Source: a virus
Taxonomy: Duplodnaviria > Caudoviricetes
Reading direction: 5' to 3' (one strand)
Virus record (IMG/VR): IMGVR_UViG_3300048578_000331
Coordinates: 1-56,405 of that record
DNA length: 56,405 bases
The position numbers and the translations under genes are program-made. The notes under the pieces were generated by a model. The model searched no databases, was not told the origin of the DNA, and worked only from the letters and a program-made list of their open reading frames with translations. This document shows, piece by piece, positions 1 to 9,088 of the stretch (position 1 is the stretch's first letter; each line of letters starts with the position of its first letter).

Positions 1-1683
1 TCATGCCTGACCAGCCCCGACAGTGCCGTTCAAACCTATGGGCCTTACTTCGCTAAGGAAGTATTCCGGACGATCAAGCACCCTCTGATAGCTGACCTCG
101 CCTTCAAAGCTGTCGATCACGGTCCGTTCCTCATGGCTCATATCTTTATATCGCTTCCGTCCATAGGTGGGTGGAAGCCAATTCTTCCCGCGTGCTGCAA
201 AGAGATTGAATTTTTGCAACACATCCATATCCGTAAAGGTGATGTGGCACGTTCCCTTTTTGTAAAAGGTGACCTCAAAATAGTCCAACTGGATTTTGCT
301 TGACTGCTTGTTCTTGTCTGCCTGCTGGAGCGTGAAGGTAGCGCTATCCACTGTTTTCTTGCCTGACAGGTAATCGAACACCTTTACTATGTCGCATATC
401 TTTTGGCCTACCTGGTAGCCCATAAGTCTGAACTCATTCCATATGTCATCCCATGCACCGTAGAAGGGGATGACCACCCGCTTATTGACTGCAAAGGCAT
501 CGTTTGTACGCCAGCCGTCAAAGTAGTGCCGGTTTTGGCTGTTTTCGTCCCAATGGTGCTTCCGGGTCCAGTCATCGAACAAGGCCATGATGGTTTCCTC
601 TACGCCCATGATGACCTTCTTGCTCAATTCGACCAAAAGCGTACGGATGTTATAGCTGGAAAACTCATAATCAGCCAGACGTTCAACCTGACTGTGCATT
701 TCCTCCTGTAGGTTCGTCGTTAGGTTTTTCGTGAACGTTGGGTTATGAAAAAGGATGGACCAGTATTTTTTTCGCATTGCGCGGATCACATTGTTCTCGG
801 TCATATTCCCTTCATGAGCTTTCAGTTCCAAGACTGGGCTGCTGTATTCTCCAACGCGGTTCTGGATATATGGCTGCAAGGCTTCGTACTCTTCCATAAG
901 TCTGATGCAGCACTCTACTTCAAAATTGTATGAATCAATGAGAGCGTCGTAGTAATCTCCCTTCGCCAGCGCTTCAAATATAGGATCATGCTTCTGCTCC
1001 CGTTTTGCCTTCTCTGTTTCCGTATCAGCACGCAGTTTATCAAGGATTGTGCTGGTCCGGTCAATGTTCCTGGGAATAGTAATACGCACTATTGCAACAT
1101 CAACATTGGCCGTCCGTTCTGCCGCAGCAAAGGCATTCTCTACGTACTCAACCTGAGCCTCATATTTTTGAAGCTGATCCGCAAGAATCTTGCGAGCGAT
1201 CGTGCATGGATTTCTTAACGTTTCAGCATTTAGCAGGCAGACAACAACGCCGCCGTGTTGCTGCATGTCGATGGCCTTCAAAAGATGCTCTGCACCCTTG
1301 TCAAACGGCGGATTCATAAGGATCAGATCATAGGGCTTATGGGTCCGGTAGGTCAGGAAATCGTCGTGTACAACTCGGAAGCTCTTGCCCTTCAAGATGC
1401 TCCGTAGGTCAGGGTCAATCTCAATGCAATCGATATTGAGCTTTTCGACCATCATCCGATCCCTGGTTTCCTGATCTTTGTAATGGCCATAATATTCCGT
1501 GTTCCGCTGACGTGCGTATACCATTGCAAGATCGCCCTTGCCGGCAGAAGGTTCAAGCATGCTTCCGCACTCCTGGAGCTTCAGGCCCTCCAGCATTTTA
1601 TGGGCAAGGTTCAAAGGTGTCGGGTAAAAATTCTTCCTACTTCCATCTGTGGCCGGGAAAAAAGCCAGCTGTTGCATTATCAT
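1..1683 (-). CDS. SAM-dependent amino-DNA methyltransferase with DUF4942-like C-terminal domain
   Basis: NFYPTP, LEPSAGKG (motif I) and ILMNPPF (motif IV); C-terminus with YFEVTFYKKGTCHITF. Confidence 0.85.
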   Translation of the reverse strand: MIMQQLAFFPATDGSRKNFYPTPLNLAHKMLEGLKLQECGSMLEPSAGKGDLAMVYARQRNTEYYGHYKDQETRDRMMVEKLNIDCIEIDPDLRSILKGKSFRVVHDDFLTYRTHKPYDLILMNPPFDKGAEHLLKAIDMQQHGGVVVCLLNAETLRNPCTIARKILADQLQKYEAQVEYVENAFAAAERTANVDVAIVRITIPRNIDRTSTILDKLRADTETEKAKREQKHDPIFEALAKGDYYDALIDSYNFEVECCIRLMEEYEALQPYIQNRVGEYSSPVLELKAHEGNMTENNVIRAMRKKYWSILFHNPTFTKNLTTNLQEEMHSQVERLADYEFSSYNIRTLLVELSKKVIMGVEETIMALFDDWTRKHHWDENSQNRHYFDGWRTNDAFAVNKRVVIPFYGAWDDIWNEFRLMGYQVGQKICDIVKVFDYLSGKKTVDSATFTLQQADKNKQSSKIQLDYFEVTFYKKGTCHITFTDMDVLQKFNLFAARGKNWLPPTYGRKRYKDMSHEERTVIDSFEGEVSYQRVLDRPEYFLSEVRPIGLNGTVGAGQA

Positions 1684-3680
1684 CCCGCCTTTCTTCTGTT
1701 CATGGTTTGCTGACCATTAAGGACGATGGACGAATATGACTGGATAAAAGCCTTCACATCATCCGTCATGTCCCGGTTTGAGTAACCCCGACATTGACGA
1801 ATTACATTGGTCTCTGGATTGACTTCCATCGTATAGAAACTTAGTGCAGGGTTTTCAGCTCTGCGAACAAAGAGAATCACCGTATCCCCGTTTATTACTC
1901 TGCTTGCATATGATCCAACGCAATGATGCAAGTGGTGGCCTTCGTTCACTATCTCCATAATGTGTTCAGGAACGATGACCATGAAGGCACCGGCCCTGTA
2001 GGTGTACTGCTTTTTCCTTAAAGCGTAGAGCTTCTTATAGGCTCCGTCCTGAATTGCTTTGACGTTGGCATTCTGCCTTTCCGCTGCCTGGTCATGAGTA
2101 ATCTGGACATGCCGCGGGAACGATACAAAAGGATTCGACAGGTCATATTTCTGCTGCTGGGCCATGCGTAGGTAGTCGATATACATTTCTTTGTCCAGCT
2201 TGTCCAGCCGTTTGTAATAGTCCAGGATCTTCCGCACTGTGAAGTGTTTACTTAGAGCGACCAGGTATTCAAAGGCAGAGCCCGTTTTGTGGAGTTCAAC
2301 TGCCTCCTGTAGAGAATCACAATGGCCATTCATGAAAAGCTTTTGAAAGCTGTCTAGGTATTCCGGGCCAAGGTTATGCTTTCGCATATAGTCAAAGTGC
2401 TGCTTTTCAATCAACAGCTGCTGATGCAACTTTTTCCCATCACCAACCTTGATTTTGCTGTTTTCGAGCATGGCAAGGGCCAGCTTATCCATGCCGATCT
2501 TCATCAAACTTTCGATCATGGGATAACTGAAAATCTGTCTCATAAGGTGGTTTACGGAATACCTTGACCCGTAATAACCCCGTTGCTTTTTCTGAAACGC
2601 TACCGTTTTATTTACGAATAGATATTCGAGAATTGTTCCGGAGAACACGCCTGGGAGATTGTTAAAATAGACTTCATCGGACAGGAAATAACCAGCATCA
2701 TTCGGCAGCTCCATCCACCTGGTTTCTGTTTTCTGGAATGCCTGTTCGTAAATATATGCCATGAGGAACTTGTTACTGGAATACATGTCACGGCCGTGTT
2801 CATTGATAATGAATGTCGGTTTCTTCGGGTCCCAATACCGTTTGGTAATTTCGTAATGCCTGGCAACAAGACCGCCTGTTGTGGTTTTCTGAATGATCGC
2901 GACTGTCGCCTGATCTGCCAAACTTCTCTTGATGATTCCTGAAGCTTTGTACTTTCCGTTGGCACCGCAGGATGGACAGATGCTATCGGAATTATGCTTT
3001 GGCTCGGTTTTGATTTCATGCACATGCTTGCACCTGGTGCAGTATGCGGTTCTTGGCTTATTGCCTTGCTTTGGCTCAAAGATCAGGAAGTTGAGTTTCA
3101 AGGCATCGTTGTCAACCCAACTCATGAAATCTGCCGGCAGCTCTGGCACCATGGCCATCTGCTCATCAATACGGTCACGAATCTTCTGCCGCTTGCCATC
3201 AAGTATGCTGTCCATAATCTTACGCTGATGATGGATGACGGAAAGGATGCCACCGTAATCACATTCCTTTCTTACGGATCGGTAATACTGACCTATGACT
3301 TCCTTGCTTTCGTCATCCCTGGGGATCAGGCATTTTTCTGTCTGGTATCCCCATATGCACTTGAGGTTGAAAACAGCACCGTCTACCCACTTGCTTTTAT
3401 AGCTGTAGCCGAAAACTTCCGGAGAGCAGACCTGCGTGATATACCTGTCCTTTGTGATGAAGACACGGTAAACCGGCTTTGCATCGCCGGCCTGGACGTC
3501 GATCTGCTTGTAGATGTGAATCAGCAGAAGCCTTTCTCCTTCTACTTCGTGGATATCGGCGAGATAGCAAAATTCCTTGTTCGTCTTGTCTCCATTCCAC
3601 CAGCCATGGTCTATTGTGCGCGGGTAATCGAACTGAGGACATAGCCTTTCCGGTATGGCTGCTAAAAGGGCCTTTTTCAT
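1680..3680 (-). CDS. PcfJ domain-containing protein
   Basis: C-terminal EIVNEGHHLHHCVGSY...ILFVRR...FYTMEV...QCRG signature; CxxC pairs in the N-terminal half. Confidence 0.85.
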   Translation of the reverse strand: MKKALLAAIPERLCPQFDYPRTIDHGWWNGDKTNKEFCYLADIHEVEGERLLLIHIYKQIDVQAGDAKPVYRVFITKDRYITQVCSPEVFGYSYKSKWVDGAVFNLKCIWGYQTEKCLIPRDDESKEVIGQYYRSVRKECDYGGILSVIHHQRKIMDSILDGKRQKIRDRIDEQMAMVPELPADFMSWVDNDALKLNFLIFEPKQGNKPRTAYCTRCKHVHEIKTEPKHNSDSICPSCGANGKYKASGIIKRSLADQATVAIIQKTTTGGLVARHYEITKRYWDPKKPTFIINEHGRDMYSSNKFLMAYIYEQAFQKTETRWMELPNDAGYFLSDEVYFNNLPGVFSGTILEYLFVNKTVAFQKKQRGYYGSRYSVNHLMRQIFSYPMIESLMKIGMDKLALAMLENSKIKVGDGKKLHQQLLIEKQHFDYMRKHNLGPEYLDSFQKLFMNGHCDSLQEAVELHKTGSAFEYLVALSKHFTVRKILDYYKRLDKLDKEMYIDYLRMAQQQKYDLSNPFVSFPRHVQITHDQAAERQNANVKAIQDGAYKKLYALRKKQYTYRAGAFMVIVPEHIMEIVNEGHHLHHCVGSYASRVINGDTVILFVRRAENPALSFYTMEVNPETNVIRQCRGYSNRDMTDDVKAFIQSYSSIVLNGQQTMNRRKAG

Positions 3681-4132
3681 TTTCCTGCACCCCCGAAGTG
3701 CAGATCAAAACCGATTTGCCCATCAACATATCCAGCTATCTTTTTAGTCGGAATGATAACTGGGACAGCTGCAGGAGCTTCAGTCTTTTTTGCAGCGATT
3801 TCAGCTTTCCGCTTTTCCTCTGCTTCCTTGGCTGCCTTCTTGCGGTCTGCCTCTTTTCTCGCTTCCTCTGCATCGTCAAGGGCGAGATATTCACGGACCC
3901 AGCCGTATACTGTGGATTCATCGATGCATGCACAGTTACCGCCATTAGCCTGTTCCCGGGCCTTTTTCGTTACAAAGTCCCATAGCCGTTCCAGAGACTT
4001 CGTTTCTTGCATGAACTGGGAGCGGAAAGCATCATCCGTAACGCCCTGCTCATAAATCCAATCAATGACCTGTTCCGGGCATTTCTTTGCCTTCGCCTTC
4101 TCAGCTGTAAGCTTTGCAACAAATTCCTCCAT
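3677..4132 (-). CDS. PcfK-like / AcrIIA9-family-like protein
   Basis: KSLERLWDFVTKKAREQANGGNCACIDESTVYGWVREY motif; overlaps the start of pcfJ-like gene; start set from RBS AGAAAGGGA. Confidence 0.7.
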   Translation of the reverse strand: MEEFVAKLTAEKAKAKKCPEQVIDWIYEQGVTDDAFRSQFMQETKSLERLWDFVTKKAREQANGGNCACIDESTVYGWVREYLALDDAEEARKEADRKKAAKEAEEKRKAEIAAKKTEAPAAVPVIIPTKKIAGYVDGQIGFDLHFGGAGK

Positions 4133-4138
4133 GGTGGT

Positions 4139-4172
4139 TCCCTTTCTGCCGGGCTTGGCCCCCCGGCTGGGC
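4139..4172 (-). promoter_or_regulatory. Repeated pseudoknot-RBS leader motif, copy A
   Basis: Minus strand GCCC-A-GCCGGG-GGGC-CAAG-CCCGGC-AGAAAGGGA. Confidence 0.7.
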
Positions 4173-4182
4173 GTGTCATGTT

Positions 4183-4395
4183 CTACCACGTTACCCGTTT
4201 GGGGACAAACTCAAGATTGTCATTCTTCACCCTGAAATCAGGTTCTCCCTCAAACTTATTGTTGCATTTAGCGCAGATTTCCGGATTAAATCCCTCCCGT
4301 GGATTGACATCAACACATAAGCTTCCGGCTGGGGTGGAATAAACGGGGCGATCGAAGCGATCATATCCCTTAAATGTAAGCACTAACTTTTTCAT
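4183..4395 (-). CDS. Small phage hypothetical protein (70 aa)
   Basis: RBS AGAAAGGA before MKKLVLTFKGYDRFDRPVY. Confidence 0.7.
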   Translation of the reverse strand: MKKLVLTFKGYDRFDRPVYSTPAGSLCVDVNPREGFNPEICAKCNNKFEGEPDFRVKNDNLEFVPKRVTW

Positions 4396-4399
4396 AGCG

Positions 4400-4434
4400 T
4401 CCTTTCTACGGCGGTTTGGTCCCCGCCGCTGGGC
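4400..4434 (-). promoter_or_regulatory. Repeated pseudoknot-RBS leader motif, copy B (first stem imperfect)
   Basis: GCCC-A-GCGGCGG-GGAC-CAAA-CCGCCGT-AGAAAGGA. Confidence 0.6.
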
Positions 4435-4439
4435 GTTCT

Positions 4440-4904
4440 TCATGATACGCAGGCGATCTTGTGGGTGGTGTGCTCCAGGCCATCAAAGGTACTTGTGAAT
4501 TTCACTTCCTGGGCCTCAAAACCGGGAAGCAATTCATACTCGCCGTTGCCCTTCAAGATGCTCTCAGCGATGTTGTAGGCATAAGCACATTCAAAATATT
4601 CGGATGACTTGCCGACGTTCTTCTGGTGGTCATATGTGCTGATGGGAACGCCACAGAACAACGATCCAAAATAGTCACCGGTGATGATTCCTTCCATCTT
4701 CACGGACGTTGGATAGCTTTTGATCTCATTCATGCACACGGAAGATCCATTATTGCGATCATATTCCCAATGGACTTCACCATAAAGGGGATACCGGCCG
4801 GCCATGATGGCTACGTCCTCAAACCACGCCGCACATTCGTAAGTGTTCCGGCCAACGAAATCTTCCTTGACGATCCTCCAGCCGATTTGAATGCGGTTTC
4901 CCAT
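4440..4904 (-). CDS. Hypothetical protein
   Basis: ORF with RBS AGAAAGGGG before MGNRIQIGW. Confidence 0.7.
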   Translation of the reverse strand: MGNRIQIGWRIVKEDFVGRNTYECAAWFEDVAIMAGRYPLYGEVHWEYDRNNGSSVCMNEIKSYPTSVKMEGIITGDYFGSLFCGVPISTYDHQKNVGKSSEYFECAYAYNIAESILKGNGEYELLPGFEAQEVKFTSTFDGLEHTTHKIACVS

Positions 4905-4910
4905 CTGAGA

Positions 4911-4946
4911 CCCCTTTCTGCCGGGGATTAGCCGCCCCGGCTCGGC
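4911..4946 (-). promoter_or_regulatory. Repeated pseudoknot-RBS leader motif, copy C (compensatory change in first stem)
   Basis: GCCG-A-GCCGGGG-CGGC-TAAT-CCCCGGC-AGAAAGGGG. Confidence 0.7.
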
Positions 4947-4951
4947 ATCGA

Positions 4952-5545
4952 TCAGCAATAGAAAGGTCGCAGCTGGTCATTCCAAACCTCGTAGTACCAG
5001 CGGCTTGTGTTGAACCTGATGTAATGGTAGTCAGTCGCGCAGTAGATGGGGCGGCGGTCGATCTTTGCGCCAGTTTTGCGGCACTGGTGATGACGGTTTG
5101 CCTCTTCTGCGTCGATCTCATGGATGATCGTTATTTTGCTTGGATCAAAATCAAATTCTGAGCAAATCCATTCGATGGCTTCCTCGTCGGTCATGTAATG
5201 AGCAGCGCCGGGAACGCTGCCAGCCAACCGTTGATATTCCGCTTGACTAACGTTGCGGTCGCTTTCGTAGGGCTTCCATTCTTGTTCCTGCTCAAGGGAG
5301 GCGGTGAGCTGTGTGATCTTCTGCTCAAGTTCCTTGATCTGTTGCCTATCCTTGATCTCCGCAGCATGCCGTCTCATGTCACAGCCCCTCTGAATGGTTT
5401 CGGCCATGCCATTTTTATTTGTTGCGTAAGCCTTGCAAAACGCAACCTTGTCGCCGTCGAAGTCCATATAGACTTCTTCAATAGCACTGTAAAGATCGCT
5501 GGTAGGGTAAAAACCGGTTAGTTGCTCGAATTCTTCTCTCATCAT
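4952..5545 (-). CDS. Phage hypothetical protein, first gene of the left accessory operon
   Basis: RBS CAGGAGGT before MMREEFEQLTG; coiled-coil middle segment. Confidence 0.75.
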   Translation of the reverse strand: MMREEFEQLTGFYPTSDLYSAIEEVYMDFDGDKVAFCKAYATNKNGMAETIQRGCDMRRHAAEIKDRQQIKELEQKITQLTASLEQEQEWKPYESDRNVSQAEYQRLAGSVPGAAHYMTDEEAIEWICSEFDFDPSKITIIHEIDAEEANRHHQCRKTGAKIDRRPIYCATDYHYIRFNTSRWYYEVWNDQLRPFYC

Positions 5546-5594
5546 TGCGGTGACCTCCTGATTGCAAAAGCGTAAGAAATTTTTGATTAACTTC

Positions 5595-5623
5595 ATTCTA
5601 CATTACGAAAAAGCAATTGTAAA
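5595..5623 (-). promoter_or_regulatory. Sigma-A-type promoter, copy 1, with overlapping inverted repeat
   Basis: TTTACA-17 bp-TAGAAT with AT-rich upstream tract; near-identical to 10273-10301. Confidence 0.75.
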
Positions 5624-5678
5624 GGGGAATCGTGTATTTTAACAAAATATTTTTATATAATAAACGGTATTAGTGAGC

Positions 5679-5707
5679 AAAACAAAAGCGCCTTTTTGCA
5701 GGCGCTT
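5679..5707 (-). terminator. Intrinsic terminator after the HTH gene
   Basis: AAGCGCCT/AGGCGCTT stem followed by T-tract on the minus strand. Confidence 0.7.
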
Positions 5708-5719
5708 CAATGTCGATTA

Positions 5720-6181
5720 TTAGAACATATGATCTGCGGAACCCTCTCCATAACGCTTGTATAGCCTCTTGGCGGCGTCTTTCCCGATTAGGCTGATGAA
5801 AGGTTTGGCTTCTTCCCATTCAGGGTAATGGACGGCAAAGAACCGCCCTTCTTTGTCTACATAAAGTTCGATGAACCAATCGTTCCATTTTTCAGTATGG
5901 CATAATGCATCGGCCTTTTCTGTGTCATAAATTACTCTGTCTACCATCTGCCGGAAGGAAGGCCCAATACCTTGGCGGCGTAGGGGAATGATACCGGTGG
6001 GCTTGATGTCAAGCTCATGACCAGTAGCGGACATAATGTTTTGCAGCTCCTCTGCTGAAAAGCTGTTACGGCTGAGCTTATTGGTAAAGTTCTGAGGGCT
6101 CATTCCGATAGCTGCAGCGACATCTTTTTTGTCCATGCCGCTGGCTGATATGGCCTTTTCAATTATTTCAACGGCATTCAT
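5720..6181 (-). CDS. XRE-family HTH protein with C-terminal domain of unknown function
   Basis: SGMDKKDVAAAIGMSPQNFTNKLSRNSF helix-turn-helix. Confidence 0.75.
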   Translation of the reverse strand: MNAVEIIEKAISASGMDKKDVAAAIGMSPQNFTNKLSRNSFSAEELQNIMSATGHELDIKPTGIIPLRRQGIGPSFRQMVDRVIYDTEKADALCHTEKWNDWFIELYVDKEGRFFAVHYPEWEEAKPFISLIGKDAAKRLYKRYGEGSADHMF

Positions 6182-6211
6182 TACTGAGCCCCCTTACAAG
6201 TTTTCCATATC

Positions 6212-6240
6212 ATTGTACCCGCATGCTGTTATGGAGTCAA
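6212..6240 (-). promoter_or_regulatory. Sigma-A-type promoter of the HTH gene
   Basis: TTGACT-17 bp-TACAAT about 30 nt upstream of the start. Confidence 0.65.
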
Positions 6241-6257
6241 CGTTTTGGTTCAATAGC

Positions 6258-6296
6258 AAAAGAGCCCGGCGCATACCAACATGCATGCGCCGGGCT
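6258..6296 (-). terminator. Intrinsic terminator ending the right accessory operon
   Basis: AGCCCGGCGCAT/ATGCGCCGGGCT stem then CTTTT. Confidence 0.75.
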
Positions 6297-6307
6297 GTAC
6301 TGGTGCT

Positions 6308-7375
6308 TCATGCGACTGCTGAATTGAGCTGATGCCATAGACGGTGATCCATGTTCAGGACTTCATAGCCGATGACTTCAAGCTCTGTCGCCCGGTCGTA
6401 GGACTTGATGTCTTGGCTTTGGCGGGTGACTGCATTGGCCAGGCCGTACAGTGACAAATCGCCTCCTCGGATCAAATGCTCCAGGACGCCATCACTCTCG
6501 GCCTTGCCAAGGTTGAATTCGTTTGCGGTCAGCTCTACGAAATCCGGAATGCTGGGCGCGTTGATCTTGGCGCCTTTGGCTTCCTTCATCTTCTGGACAA
6601 CCTTGTCGAATCGAATGTCATCCACCACCGCCCGTACGGTGTCTTGGAGCTTCATCAGGAAGGCCCTGTCATCAGCAATCAAGGTTTCGCTGCGGAACAG
6701 TTCATAGTTTTCATCTGCCTCGTTGATCCGGCCGACGTGGTTCCTGCGCGTGGCAGCGTCGTTCACCACCATGCCATTTGAGCAGACCAGGCGGAAGACA
6801 AGCGGCTGAACGCTTACCGCGCTGGCGCCCACTTCGCTGTTGGTGATGATGACGCCTGATTGCACAATATCGCCGGGGACGATCTCCCGTTCAAGGCGCG
6901 GGTTAACGACTTTGATATACAGGCGCTTGTCGGTGATCTCGCAGGATTCCACCCGCGCATCCTTGATCTCTCCCAGGACCGGAAGCACAGCTTCAGATAC
7001 GATGTCATTGTCAATAAGGCGATAGCGATCGGACAGGAAGGCGCGGGCATTGTTGTCCAGCGTGCGCACCAGGCGGGTGGTGGGCTTTTTGTTGAACCAG
7101 CCGTTCACGTTTGTGGCCAGCAGCTCCGGGTACTCGGCCATCATCGTGTCGTAATACTTGGCCGGGATGCCCAAGTGCGTCCCGATCTGCCTGTGTGCCA
7201 GCTCCTGCACCTGCATTGTGCCGATCATGGTTCCCTGCTTCATGATGTCCAGCACCTGCATGCCTTCGATCGCGTCCATATGCAGGTTACGGGTATCAAT
7301 CCGGAAGTCACGCTTTGCGGTCTTCTGCCGCTGGATCTCAATGGCGAGTTCTTGCAGGGTACGTCCAGTTTTCAT
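6308..7375 (-). CDS. DUF932/DUF945-family protein
   Basis: RAFLSDRYRLIDN, ITNSEVG...VFRLVCSNGMV and SLYGLANAVT motifs. Confidence 0.8.
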   Translation of the reverse strand: MKTGRTLQELAIEIQRQKTAKRDFRIDTRNLHMDAIEGMQVLDIMKQGTMIGTMQVQELAHRQIGTHLGIPAKYYDTMMAEYPELLATNVNGWFNKKPTTRLVRTLDNNARAFLSDRYRLIDNDIVSEAVLPVLGEIKDARVESCEITDKRLYIKVVNPRLEREIVPGDIVQSGVIITNSEVGASAVSVQPLVFRLVCSNGMVVNDAATRRNHVGRINEADENYELFRSETLIADDRAFLMKLQDTVRAVVDDIRFDKVVQKMKEAKGAKINAPSIPDFVELTANEFNLGKAESDGVLEHLIRGGDLSLYGLANAVTRQSQDIKSYDRATELEVIGYEVLNMDHRLWHQLNSAVA

Positions 7376-7379
7376 GGGT

Positions 7380-7406
7380 TCCTCACTTTCTCCGGCTGAA
7401 GCCGGA
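7380..7406 (-). promoter_or_regulatory. Hairpin-only variant of the leader motif (D)
   Basis: CCGGC-TTCA-GCCGG-AGAAAGTGAGGA directly before the DUF932 start. Confidence 0.4.
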
Positions 7407-7410
7407 ATCA

Positions 7411-7974
7411 TCATTTCTTGACCTCGGCAATGAGTTCGGGAATGCCGGCCAGTTTGGCAAGACGTTCTCCAAGCTGGGCAGTGGCCAGGCTTTGTACCTG
7501 AGAAGCAACCTTGTCGGTGATATCCTTGACGGTGCGTGTGATGGCGTCGCTGTACATAGGCTCACCGATCTTCTTGGCAAACCACGAAGCCCTAGACATC
7601 GTTTCTCGGGTGCTGTACCCGTCCGTTGGGTGACCGTCCCTGTCAACGTTCTGGGTCATGAAAGCTTCGCACGCTTGCTTGAGCATGTCATTGATGCACA
7701 CGTTCTTTTTGGTTACATCGCCCCATTTGTCGGTGATGTTCCTGGGTTCATTGAAGAAGGCTTCCATCTTGGCGTTGAGCTGATCGCCAATCACCATGGA
7801 CATTCCCTTCATCTTTTCATCCAGGAGAGCATCAACCTTTTGCTGCACAGATTTTTGAGCGGCTGCGCTGATACTGGAAACAACCTTCGCCGATATTTCA
7901 TCACGCAGCGCTTCATCGATTGAGCCGTCCTCGTTGAGGAAATCCAACTCGACTTCCACGGTAAACCTTGCCAT
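7411..7974 (-). CDS. Phage hypothetical helical protein
   Basis: RBS AGGAGGAG before MARFTVEVELD. Confidence 0.75.
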   Translation of the reverse strand: MARFTVEVELDFLNEDGSIDEALRDEISAKVVSSISAAAQKSVQQKVDALLDEKMKGMSMVIGDQLNAKMEAFFNEPRNITDKWGDVTKKNVCINDMLKQACEAFMTQNVDRDGHPTDGYSTRETMSRASWFAKKIGEPMYSDAITRTVKDITDKVASQVQSLATAQLGERLAKLAGIPELIAEVKK

Positions 7975-7984
7975 TTTGCTCCTC

Positions 7985-8176
7985 CTATTTAAGCTCGTAA
8001 TCATTTAGCTCTTTATCGGTCAGTTCACGACTATAAGTGACTTGACCCCAGGCCATGCGACCGATCTCTTTGACGTACTTCTTGTGACCATAGTCCTCAC
8101 ATTCAAGAAGTCCATCTTTGGGTTGACATCCTGGGCCTGGCGGACGTTCTAGCAGGTAGTAGACAAATGTATCCAG
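7985..8176 (-). CDS. DarA (defence-against-restriction) C-terminal-like microprotein, 63 aa, apparent CTG start; absent from the ORF track
   Basis: Manual translation (M)DTFVYYLLERPPGPGCQPKDG...AWGQVTYSRELTDKELNDYELK; AGGAGG 8 nt before CTG. Confidence 0.65.
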   Translation of the reverse strand: MDTFVYYLLERPPGPGCQPKDGLLECEDYGHKKYVKEIGRMAWGQVTYSRELTDKELNDYELK

Positions 8177-8548
8177 TTAAATCGCCTCCTTTTCTTCAGC
8201 GATGCTGCTTTCCACAGAAAGCCGATCAGCAATCAGCGCAATGAACTCCCCATTGGTGGGCTTGCGTCGCTTGGAAACAACCTGGCAGCCAAAAGCCGTG
8301 TTCAGGGCTTCGATATCGCCTTTGGTCCAGGCATACAGGATGGCATGCCGGATACCGCGTTCAACTTTGCCCGCGGTGGTGTTGTGCTTCAGGGCAACGC
8401 CGGGATAAAGCTCTTTTGTGATCTTGTCGATGGTCTCAGGTTTCTCTATGACCATCTTCACAGCATCCTGGATGAAGCGGTAACCTTTGATGCTGGCAGG
8501 CATTCCAGTGTTCAGGAGAATGGTAGACAGACGAGCAGACTGGTTCAT
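8177..8548 (-). CDS. Spo0A C-terminal DNA-binding domain protein without a receiver domain
   Basis: GMPASIKGY...ITKELYP...TTAGKVERGIRHAI...KPTNGEFIALIADRL closely matches the Spo0A effector domain. Confidence 0.92.
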   Translation of the reverse strand: MNQSARLSTILLNTGMPASIKGYRFIQDAVKMVIEKPETIDKITKELYPGVALKHNTTAGKVERGIRHAILYAWTKGDIEALNTAFGCQVVSKRRKPTNGEFIALIADRLSVESSIAEEKEAI

Positions 8549-8554
8549 ATGGTA

Positions 8555-8587
8555 TCCCTTTCTCCCCGTAGGCCCGATGGGACAGGC
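8555..8587 (-). promoter_or_regulatory. Repeated pseudoknot-RBS leader motif, copy E (degenerate)
   Basis: GCCT-G-TCCCATC-GGGC-CTAC-GGGG-AGAAAGGGA. Confidence 0.5.
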
Positions 8588-8612
8588 AGCTTATTGGTGT
8601 TGACCTGGCATC

Positions 8613-8888
8613 TTACCTACCAGAAAAACGCGGCAGGAAAAGACCTTCGACCTTACCGGTTCTGCGGTTCATACAATTCTGAATGCCGCAGAAGTCATGC
8701 GAAAAATTAAAGTTATCTGCAGCCAGCCAATCGTCAAGCCTCATGTCGAATTGATCAAAAGCCTTTTCGATGTCTATGAACTGGGTGCATTGGCTTCCTT
8801 GTGCTATGCCCATGGACTGCGCCCGCTTGACGATCTTGAGAATGGTATCCATGTGATCGCGTTTCGGGGCTTGAACTTGATTTTCCAC
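8613..8888 (-). CDS. Small phage protein (DUF6874-like), GTG start
   Basis: MRLDDWLAADNFNFSHDFCGI...FLPRFS motif; RBS GAAAGGAG. Confidence 0.65.
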   Translation of the reverse strand: MENQVQAPKRDHMDTILKIVKRAQSMGIAQGSQCTQFIDIEKAFDQFDMRLDDWLAADNFNFSHDFCGIQNCMNRRTGKVEGLFLPRFSGR

Positions 8889-8904
8889 GATGATTCTCCT
8901 TTCT

Positions 8905-9072
8905 TTATCGGCAGGGCATGCAGATGACGTGCTTGCCCTCAACCCGCAAAACAAACAGATTGAGATACCCGACATGGACTGGGCACTTGAGAACATCCCC
9001 GCTGCGCGGCATGTGGAAGATGCTCTTCACAAAGGAACCATCCAGCATAACTTTGTAGGCAGTGCGAGACAT
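8905..9072 (-). CDS. 55-aa hypothetical protein, absent from the ORF track
   Basis: Manual translation MSRTAYKVMLDGSFVKSIF...VICMPCR; RBS AAAGAGGA; fills the gap in the operon. Confidence 0.55.
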   Translation of the reverse strand: MSRTAYKVMLDGSFVKSIFHMPRSGDVLKCPVHVGYLNLFVLRVEGKHVICMPCR

Positions 9073-9088
9073 GGGGGAATCCTCCTTT

